DNA of 64,000 bases from an uncultured Gemmatimonadales bacterium. GTDB lineage: Bacteria > Gemmatimonadota > Gemmatimonadetes > Gemmatimonadales > Gemmatimonadaceae. The stretch covers positions 700,615 through 764,614 of the forward strand of contig CAVRXR010000002.1 of the NCBI GenBank assembly GCA_963725205.1, given 5' to 3'. Below the pieces are notes generated by a model that was given only the letters and a program-made list of their open reading frames with translations, was not told the origin of the DNA and ran no database searches. Shown here piece by piece: positions 1-7,219 of this stretch. Numbering within the stretch: the first letter of the stretch is position 1; every line of letters begins with the position of its first letter. Both the position numbers and the translations under genes were made by a program.

Positions 1-7
1 CTACACT

Positions 8-33
8 ATCCGCCGGAGCCATCCGCCGGAGCC
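8..33. repeat. Perfect 13-bp tandem duplication (ATCCGCCGGAGCC x2)
   Basis: Read directly: bases 8-20 and 21-33 are identical. Confidence 0.9.
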
Positions 34-237
34 GCGGGACCTCGCCGGGGAACGGCCGAGTGTCGGCTTGCGCGCACGCGATCTCAATGGGCCGGGTGCT
101 TGTGAGCAGAATCGCTGGGATGGTTGCTGGACGTCAGTGGCAGCAGGACTTTGGAAGTGGTCCGCAGGTTGAGCGCCGTGCCGCCGATCTTCGACCCTTT
201 ACCTGCCGATCCCGTCGTGCCGTACGACGTCCCCTTG

Positions 238-657
238 CTACGCCGTTCCCAAGCACTTTGGGGGGAACGCTCGTCGCGATCTTGAGTTTGCCTGGCCCCC
301 CAGGCGTCGGAGCATTGTGCTCTGCGTTGTTGCCGTATGTACTGCCACCGAGGCCGTGCCGCCGGGCGTCGGCGCGTTGTGCTCCGCGTTGTCGCCATAG
401 GTGCTACCGCCCGAGCTCGTGCCGCCGGGTGTCGGAGCGTTGTGCTCCGCGTTGTCGCCGTAGGTGCTACCGCCCGAGCTCGTGCCGCCAGGGGTCGGGG
501 CGTTGTGGGACGCGTTGTTGCCATAAGTGTTGTTCGGAGGCGAGCCACCAGGCGTTGGGGCATTCACCTCCGATGCTGTTGCAGGCTGCGCCGAAAGGGC
601 CGCAAGAGGGATCACGGCAGAGGCCAGGATGCCCACCACTATCGATGTCGGATGCAT
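238..657 (-). CDS. Secreted Gly/Thr/Pro-rich tandem-repeat protein (3' end uncertain; frame lost in the last repeat)
   Basis: ORF 238..690. The internal Met gives a signal-like MHPTSIVVGILASAVIPLAALSAQPATA, followed by 21-aa repeats. The fourth repeat (GSTYGNNAEHNAPTPGG) is readable only in another frame. Confidence 0.6.
   Translation of the reverse strand: MHPTSIVVGILASAVIPLAALSAQPATASEVNAPTPGGSPPNNTYGNNASHNAPTPGGTSSGGSTYGDNAEHNAPTPGGTSSGGSTYGDNAEHNAPTPGGTASVAVHTATTQSTMLRRLGGQANSRSRRAFPPKCLGTA
295..546. repeat. Tandem 63-bp coding repeat, about 4 copies
   Basis: Units 358-420 and 421-483 are near-identical. The flanking units are diverged. Each unit encodes NAPTPGGTSSGGSTYGDNAEH on the minus strand. 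Confidence 0.85.
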
Positions 658-753
658 GATCGAGCTCCAGTGTTGAGTCGTCCGTCCCACCTGACCGGCC
701 CGCGCGCGGATACTTCTCCGACCCCCACTCCCTCATCGCGGGCCTGATTGCGA

Positions 754-784
754 ACTATACACGGCCTCTCGCCGGCCGGTCCAA
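754..784 (-). promoter_or_regulatory. Candidate sigma70-type promoter upstream of the repeat-protein gene
   Basis: On the minus strand, TTGGAC (784-779) and TATAGT (759-754) are separated by a 19-nt spacer. The spacing is suboptimal. Confidence 0.25.
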
Positions 785-816
785 TACTTTGATTCGCACG
801 CGGTCATAGCCGCCGA

Positions 817-1149
817 CTATTGGGGCGCAAAGCGCTGCGCGATATCGACCCAAGTCGCGGCGGGCAGGCGGAGCTCGTAGCAGCCGGAGGCGCTCGTGAG
901 CACTGACGCGGGGAAGCCGGCGTCGACCAGCACGCCCCGGAGCTTACTGACAATGGCGTTGAGTGCCGCATCGTAGGCGGGAGGCTGCGAGTCGGGCCAC
1001 AGCACATTCGCGAGGTCGGCGCGTGACACCGGCCCATTGCGTTCCAAGACGAGCAGCGCAAACGCCGCACGCCCCTGTTGGCCCGCGAACTCCTGCTGGT
1101 CGATCACGTGTTGATCAGCTTCCAGCGTCAGACGCCCTGTCAGGGTCAA
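817..1149 (-). CDS. OmpR/SARP-type winged-helix DNA-binding domain protein, apparently lacking the BTAD part
   Basis: 110 aa with a TTG start. Pattern FALLVLERNGPVSRADLANVLWP...AIVSKLRGVL...GCYELRLPAATWVDIAQRF, with a stop 6 codons after the VD..F motif. Confidence 0.55.
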   Translation of the reverse strand: MTLTGRLTLEADQHVIDQQEFAGQQGRAAFALLVLERNGPVSRADLANVLWPDSQPPAYDAALNAIVSKLRGVLVDAGFPASVLTSASGCYELRLPAATWVDIAQRFAPQ

Positions 1150-1506
1150 TGCGGACGGCTCGCGGCAAGGTCAGTGCAACCTTTCACCAACGTTGTTGCA
1201 ACGAGGCGGCTCTACGTTCACGGTGTCGGGTGCGCGCGCCAGACCCACAACCGAAATCATCACCCTGGAGGGCCACATGGCGGAGAAAAAGGTAGCCTGC
1301 GATTGCGGGAAAACGGTCCGAGCATCGAACGACGACCAGCTCGCGGCAAAACGCACGGTCCGCGGCCGCGTTCGTCGAGTAAATCACAACGGTGCACCCG
1401 TGATCATAGGTCCTCCAGTTGCCGGGACTAATTTCGTGTGCGGCAGATCTGGCTGCAACCGACGGTGTCTCGATGGCGGTTCGCCGCCAACTGCGGCAGC
1501 GGCGGC

Positions 1507-1742
1507 TCACGTGCCGATCGACTCCACAGTCGTGCAGAAGACCTTCAGATCAGAATAGTCCGAAAGGACAGCGCACGCTTCGGCGGCCGGATGCCCGAGT
1601 CGGTCGCATGTCGGTACGCCGACCAGTTGGAATCCACGCCGGTCAAGCCAAAGACGGTTTCCAGAGAGCGCAGGTAGAGTTCCGAGTCCATCGACAGCGA
1701 TTCGGTGAGCGTGCCATCGACGTCGAAGAGAATGAGGTTCAG
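1507..1742 (-). pseudogene. HAD-superfamily hydrolase remnant (N-terminal motif I plus C-terminal tail, middle missing)
   Basis: LNLILFDVDGTLTESL...SNWSAYRHATDSGI has no canonical start. The tail AAEACAVLSDYSDLKVF is in a second frame. The total span of about 78 codons is too short for a HAD fold. Confidence 0.4.
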
Positions 1743-3476
1743 GGCGGTGCCCGCTATCGTGATCGCTTGCGTGCGGAATGTTTGCGGTGATCGGTCGGTT
1801 TCCAACTCCATGCGCCGTCGCTGCTGATCTCCAGCACCGCGTCGTAGTGCTCGAGCGAAGTCGGCGTGCTCGGCGAATGCGACGTACGTGATCGCGTTCT
1901 CGTCGAGACGCTGAAGGATGTGGCCGAATTGGTCCGGTTCGAAGACGGCGTTCACGCGGTCCAGCAGGGCGAAGGCCGGCCGTGCGAGGATCAGGCGCGT
2001 CAAGGCCAGCAGTTGCTGCTCTCGGAGCGAGAGTGACACCGGCCAATCGCGTTCACCGTCCAACCCACCGGCTCCGGTGGCGATGGAGTCCAAGCCCATA
2101 TCCCGGAGGGCGCTGTTGATCTGGTCATCGCTGATTGCCCGCTGCTGTCCGTCTTGGAGGAGCACGTCCCGGAGCGTGCCGGGTGGCAGGTAGGGCCGTT
2201 GGGGCAGAAAGAAGATCTCATCCACCGGAGGGCGAACCACTGTGCCGCTGCCAGCAGACCAGATACCTGCGGTTGCTTCGAACAGGGCCGTACGCGCGGT
2301 CTCGTTGGGCCCGACGACCAGCACCCTCGTCCCGTGTGGTATCTCGGCAGTCAGGTTCTCGAGCACTTCATGGCTGCCGTCGGGCGACGACAGTGTCAGT
2401 TGCTCGTACGCGATCCGTCCCTGCCCCTCGACGATTGCGATTGCTCCGGGTTTGCTCGCCGACGCTTGCTCGATGCCGGCCGATAACGCGCTCACCCGGA
2501 CGATCACAGCGCCGAAGGACGAGATGGACTGAAACTGGTCAACGAAAATCGAGAACGCTCCGAGCACTTGCGAGAAAGCCATCGCCGATTGCGTGACGAC
2601 ACCGAACTCCACCTTTCCGCGAATGAACAGCGGTGCCACGACCAGCGCCGGGATGATCTGAATCAGGTAATTGTACCCCGTCGTGAAGAAGCCCAGGTTC
2701 CGATTCACGGCGATCGTCCGCCGAAAGTTCTCCGCGAGGTCGTCGAGCCGCTGCATGAGGCGGTCCTTCAGCGTGTCTTCCCGGCGCGAGATCGCAATCG
2801 ACTCGGCGTTGGCGCCGACGTGGATCAGGCTCGAACGGAAGCTGGCCTCGCGGTCCAACTGACGGAAATTCAATGAGATCAGACGGCGACCCAGGTAGAC
2901 CGTCACGAGCGAGCCAAGGAAGGCGTACCCGATGGCGACACCAAAGAGGAGCCGGCTGATCGTCCACAGGACGCCCGAGAATGACACGACTGCGAGCGCT
3001 CCGTTCACCAGCATGACCGTGAACGACAGGGTCGTCGCCGTGAAGGCGCGAACGTCCTCGGCGATGCGCTCGTCGGGGTTCCCGACCGTGCCCGACTGCT
3101 TGATGCGAAGGTAGGCGCGATCCGCGAGATACTGCCCGACGATTCGTCGCGTCAGCCACACTCGCCAGAACAGTCCCAGCCGGTCCTGCGTGAATTGATA
3201 CAGGACGAGCACGGCCGTCGACGCCGCAAAGACGCCAATGTAGAGTGCGGCCTGATGGATGAATCCCGCTTGGTTGCGGTTGGCAATTGCTGTGATGAAG
3301 TCGCGGCCTACATAACTGTTGACGACGTTCAGGCCGTTGATGGCGAGCGCAAAAGCGATGAGCACCGCGAACATGCCGCGCGCGCGCCAGCGTACGTCCG
3401 ACGTCAAGAACGTCTTGATGGCGCCGACGAATCGCCGTCTCGTCTCGCGGTCGAAGGCAACTGCTTGTTCGGCCAT
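1545..3476 (-). CDS. ABC transporter, fused permease/ATPase (ABCD/SbmA-BacA-like); C-terminus frameshifted
   Basis: TM region followed by an NBD (GPNETARTALF, LSLREQQLLALTRLILARPAFALLD). The expected C-terminal end SLEHYDAVLEISSDGAWSWKP is in another frame and stops at 1754. The open frame runs on into a HAD remnant. Confidence 0.85.
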   Translation of the reverse strand: MAEQAVAFDRETRRRFVGAIKTFLTSDVRWRARGMFAVLIAFALAINGLNVVNSYVGRDFITAIANRNQAGFIHQAALYIGVFAASTAVLVLYQFTQDRLGLFWRVWLTRRIVGQYLADRAYLRIKQSGTVGNPDERIAEDVRAFTATTLSFTVMLVNGALAVVSFSGVLWTISRLLFGVAIGYAFLGSLVTVYLGRRLISLNFRQLDREASFRSSLIHVGANAESIAISRREDTLKDRLMQRLDDLAENFRRTIAVNRNLGFFTTGYNYLIQIIPALVVAPLFIRGKVEFGVVTQSAMAFSQVLGAFSIFVDQFQSISSFGAVIVRVSALSAGIEQASASKPGAIAIVEGQGRIAYEQLTLSSPDGSHEVLENLTAEIPHGTRVLVVGPNETARTALFEATAGIWSAGSGTVVRPPVDEIFFLPQRPYLPPGTLRDVLLQDGQQRAISDDQINSALRDMGLDSIATGAGGLDGERDWPVSLSLREQQLLALTRLILARPAFALLDRVNAVFEPDQFGHILQRLDENAITYVAFAEHADFARALRRGAGDQQRRRMELETDRSPQTFRTQAITIAGTALNLILFDVDGTLTESLSMDSELYLRSLETVFGLTGVDSNWSAYRHATDSGIRPPKRALSFRTILI

Positions 3477-3493
3477 GTGTGATCTCTGATGGC

Positions 3494-5305
3494 TTACATC
3501 ACACCGACCTCAATGCGCGACGGACATGGGCCGCCGTGATACACCCGGTGCTCCTCGGCGTGAAAATCGGATGGCTTGGCGTCGAAGATGTTGGGTACGT
3601 ACGTCTGCGGATTGCGGTCGTAGAGCGGGAACCAGGAGCTCTGGACCTGCACCATGATCCGGTGCCCCGTGAGGAACCGATGGAGTTGCTCATGCAGATC
3701 CACCGGAAACTCCTGCACCGTGTTCGGCGGGATCGGCGTCGGCCGGTCGAATCCCTTGCGGTAGCGGCCGCGCATGATGTCCTCGGCCACCATGAGCTCG
3801 TATCCGCCCATGCGCCGGTCCCCGGCCACACTGTCCGGGTAGACGTCGATGAGCTTCACGACCCAGTCAGCATCACCCCCCGTCGTCGAAGCGCAGAGGT
3901 GCGCGGTCACGTCGCCCGCGATCGTCACATCCTCCGTGAGCGGCGCGGTCTGCCAGGTGAGCACGTCCGGGCGGCGGTCGACAAACCGCTGATCCTCGAG
4001 GAGCCATCCGTGCCACCGCGTCCCATCAATCGGGCGCGGCATGTAAGGAATGGGATGGGCCGGATCTGACACGTACGCGTCGGACCCGTCCGTGGTCGGC
4101 TTCTCGAATGAGAGGCTGCCCCTGGCACCGAGATAGATGCTCCGTGCCTGAGCGGCGCGCGGCGGCCAGCTGTCGAACGTGTGCCACGCGTTCTCGCCGC
4201 TTTCGAAGATCCACGCCGCCGGGAACTTGCCGTCGCCCGTGCCATGTAGGTAGTAGGCGAACCATGGCCGTTGAATCTGCGCGCGGAAGTAGTCGGAGGT
4301 CTTGCTGCCGAATTGCACGGCTCCGATCGAGTCGCCGGCACCTGGACGGGCCCACTCCCCATGGTACCACGGGCCGAGCACGATGCGCGTCGTGCCGGTC
4401 GAATCGTGTTTAATGACTGCCTTGTAGGCGCCTTGCGGTCCGTAAATGTCTTCTTGATCCCAAAACCCACCGACGAACAACAGGGGGACCACTGGCCGTG
4501 TCAGCGCGAGCTCCATCGCCTTGCCCTGCCAGTACGCATCCCATGCCGGATGCGTCCGGAAGCCGACCCATGACGGGATGTCAGTGATCCCCGTCGCCCG
4601 AGCGATCGAGTCGAGGGTCGGGAATTGGAGATACCAGTCGTAGTGATCGTATCGACCGACCGGCACTTGGCGCGTGGCGTCCTTGGTGAATTCCATGACC
4701 GAGGCATACTCGACACCGAACGATTGGCGGAACGCGCCCTGGTGGAAGAAATCGTCCCCGATCCAGGTATCGGTCATCGGCGCCTGCGGCGACACCGCCT
4801 TGATGGCGGGATGTGCAGCTAGCGCGGCGACACCCGCCAGCCAGCCCGGGTACGAGATCCCCATCACCCCGACCTTCCCATTGTTGTTCGGCAGATTCTT
4901 CAGGAGCCAGTCCACCGTGTCGTACGTGTCGGTCGACTCGTTGGTGCCGTGATCACGCGGATCGTGCTGTGCGCGATTCATGATGAACAGACCATCCGAC
5001 CTGAACCGACCCCGGATGTCCTCCGTGACGAAGATGTAGCCATCCTCGGCCAATTCCTGGTACGTGGCCGGCAGCGTGTCGGACGGGAATGCGCGGCCAG
5101 CGCTGTAGGGCGTCCGAATCAGCATGATCGGCAGCGGCGCCGTGGTCCCCGCTGGGATGAGCGCGACGGCGAACAGCGTCACACCGTCGCGCATCGGGAT
5201 CGTGAGTTCGCGGCGCTCGAAGCGCATCGACGGCTGTGCCAGTGCGCTCGCCGCAAGGCCGCAGCCAAGCACCGCGGCCATCCCATATGCTATCCTTGTC
5301 TTCAC
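3494..5305 (-). CDS. CocE/NonD family hydrolase (X-Pro dipeptidyl-peptidase S15-like), secreted
   Basis: 603 aa with a signal peptide. IPMRDGVTLFAVALIP...LIRTPY and a C-terminal beta-sandwich region typical of the family. Confidence 0.9.
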   Translation of the reverse strand: MKTRIAYGMAAVLGCGLAASALAQPSMRFERRELTIPMRDGVTLFAVALIPAGTTAPLPIMLIRTPYSAGRAFPSDTLPATYQELAEDGYIFVTEDIRGRFRSDGLFIMNRAQHDPRDHGTNESTDTYDTVDWLLKNLPNNNGKVGVMGISYPGWLAGVAALAAHPAIKAVSPQAPMTDTWIGDDFFHQGAFRQSFGVEYASVMEFTKDATRQVPVGRYDHYDWYLQFPTLDSIARATGITDIPSWVGFRTHPAWDAYWQGKAMELALTRPVVPLLFVGGFWDQEDIYGPQGAYKAVIKHDSTGTTRIVLGPWYHGEWARPGAGDSIGAVQFGSKTSDYFRAQIQRPWFAYYLHGTGDGKFPAAWIFESGENAWHTFDSWPPRAAQARSIYLGARGSLSFEKPTTDGSDAYVSDPAHPIPYMPRPIDGTRWHGWLLEDQRFVDRRPDVLTWQTAPLTEDVTIAGDVTAHLCASTTGGDADWVVKLIDVYPDSVAGDRRMGGYELMVAEDIMRGRYRKGFDRPTPIPPNTVQEFPVDLHEQLHRFLTGHRIMVQVQSSWFPLYDRNPQTYVPNIFDAKPSDFHAEEHRVYHGGPCPSRIEVGVM

Positions 5306-5491
5306 GCTCGACGCTCCCGTTGATGTCCACGATCCCGCGCGCTACTCCTCGGCTAGCATCGGAGAAGTTACGAGCTGGGATGGGATACGGGAGCGGGTTT
5401 GCGACGGCCTAACGCACAGCCAGAGCGCCAGGCCCCTTGGCTGACGCCGCCTCCTGGGTGCTAGGCGGCGGGCGCCCGGCGGGTACGAGAT

Positions 5492-7066
5492 TCATGTGCC
5501 GACCTTCTCGCAGAAGTTGCTGGGCGGGTCGGCTTTGTCATATCGCTTCTGGAACACCACGGCGGATCGTTTCGCGTTGGGCGTGAGGCCGGCGATGTCC
5601 GCGGCCGTGCCCACGACGCCTTCGAACGAGATCCACTTTTTCGAGCAGGGAATCATCGATATCGCCGACGAATGGACCGTCCCCTCGGTCGAAATCAGTT
5701 GAGCGTAGACGTCGGCGCTCGACTTGAGCACATTCGAGGCCTTGACAGTGTTGAGACCCGTCTGGACGCCGGGCATCAGCTTCCCGAGGATGGTGGCAGC
5801 TCCCTGCTGCATCTGGTCCAATCGGGTCGCCAGCTTGCCCAGCGTCTCCTTGTAGCTGCCGAACGCATCGACGCTCAGCTCGACGCGTGGCGCGGCGTAC
5901 GCGACGACCATCGCGTTGGGGGCGACCGCGGTCAAGCCTCCGTCATTTGTGATCGCGATGGTTTCGTCCATCGCGGATCCCTGGTCCGCGGCGCCCTGAC
6001 TCGTGATCTGCGCGTTCATGCGCCCGCCCATCGTGATGGTAAAGCCTCCGATGGTGATCTCCTTGCCTCCGGTCAGCGCGGGATGGATCACCAGTGCCGA
6101 GCTCACCTCGAGACTGAGCGGAATCCCGCCGACGAGGGAGCTGAGCGGGACGGAGAGCGCACCGGGCAGCTTGACCAGGTCCTCCTGGGACCAGCCGCCG
6201 TTCGTCTGCTTAGCAACCTCCCAGTTGAAGTTCATTTGGCCGCTCACGTTCTTGAGGCCGGCTGAGATCGACGATATCAGCCCGCTCTTCACATTGATGT
6301 CGGACAGGAAATCGAAGTTGTTGACAAACCCCTTGGCTCCCACTTTGCCAATGAATCCCTGGTAATCCTTGGCGAGTACGAGGTTGAAATTGAATATGCC
6401 GTCTGCCGTCGTGTACTGCAGTTCGTCGATCTTCCAGTCGGCGAGGATCGCGTCTTTGAGTGCGTCTTTCATCTGCTTCTTGTACTCTTCCTCCTCCATC
6501 TGCTGCTCTTTGGTCGCCTCTGGCGATTGCGCGTAGGCGTCGCTGACGAATAGGCTGAGGGGGTTGGGCCCGAGGGACGCTGGTCGCTCGCTTGTCCGGA
6601 GCTGAGCCTTGCTGAACCGGAGTGGCGCTTCCACGTTGATCTCGCCGTCGGCCACGAGATCGGCGATCCCAGCGGGAGCAGTGGCGACGTACGTGTCCTG
6701 GCCATCGGTCTCCGCGCCGACCACCTTGCGCGCTAACTGGTTCTTGATCATCAGCACGTCGCCGGCCTTCAGCGCGCGGATGTCCGCTGGCGCGTTGTGA
6801 AATACCAGCCCGAGTCCATCTGGCGTTGCGACGGAGAGTGTAGACGCAAACCCAGACTCCTCGATCGTCTTGACTTCGGGTCGATAGGTGACGTGGGCGA
6901 AGCTGTGGTTTGGGCCGACCATGACACCGGCGCTAGCCGCTGTCGCCGCCCCAGATGACCCGGCCGTGGCTGGCGACCCGGCTCGCTTGCATGCGGCCAT
7001 CGCAATCGCTGCGACCATGATCGACAGCGCGCTGACGGCGGTCGTCGAACGGTTGGAGAGGATCAT
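5492..7066 (-). CDS. Lipoprotein of unknown function
   Basis: 524 aa with lipobox AIAMAAC after a hydrophobic N-terminus. I recognise no family motifs. It looks lower in G+C than its neighbours. Confidence 0.8.
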   Translation of the reverse strand: MILSNRSTTAVSALSIMVAAIAMAACKRAGSPATAGSSGAATAASAGVMVGPNHSFAHVTYRPEVKTIEESGFASTLSVATPDGLGLVFHNAPADIRALKAGDVLMIKNQLARKVVGAETDGQDTYVATAPAGIADLVADGEINVEAPLRFSKAQLRTSERPASLGPNPLSLFVSDAYAQSPEATKEQQMEEEEYKKQMKDALKDAILADWKIDELQYTTADGIFNFNLVLAKDYQGFIGKVGAKGFVNNFDFLSDINVKSGLISSISAGLKNVSGQMNFNWEVAKQTNGGWSQEDLVKLPGALSVPLSSLVGGIPLSLEVSSALVIHPALTGGKEITIGGFTITMGGRMNAQITSQGAADQGSAMDETIAITNDGGLTAVAPNAMVVAYAAPRVELSVDAFGSYKETLGKLATRLDQMQQGAATILGKLMPGVQTGLNTVKASNVLKSSADVYAQLISTEGTVHSSAISMIPCSKKWISFEGVVGTAADIAGLTPNAKRSAVVFQKRYDKADPPSNFCEKVGT

Positions 7067-7134
7067 GGCGGTCCGGACCGGGGTGGGGAGTGGTGGATGT
7101 CACGCCTCACCGATCATGCAGCCTCCGGGGGTGC

Positions 7135-7219
7135 GGGGTCCAATGCTTTGTTTCGAACGGAGCCATAGCGTGCGCCTATCGGGTCCCTCGGGGCAGGGGC
7201 CAATGCTCTGTTTCGATCA
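7135..7219. repeat. Imperfect 24-bp direct repeat pair (GGGG(T)CCAATGCT(T/C)TGTTTCGA(A/T)C) spaced about 62 bp
   Basis: Read directly at 7135-7158 and 7197-7219. It lies in the intergenic space upstream of the 7066 lipoprotein gene, and copy 2 overlaps the stop of the BNR gene. Confidence 0.7.

Noticed and set aside
1193-1558. 121-aa plus-strand ORF whose internal Met gives MAEKKVACDCGKTVRASNDDQL (DUF1059-like start)
   Set aside because: Only the first approximately 22 residues resemble that family. The remainder is not protein-like in any frame, and the ORF overlaps the HAD remnant. The evidence is too weak to call.
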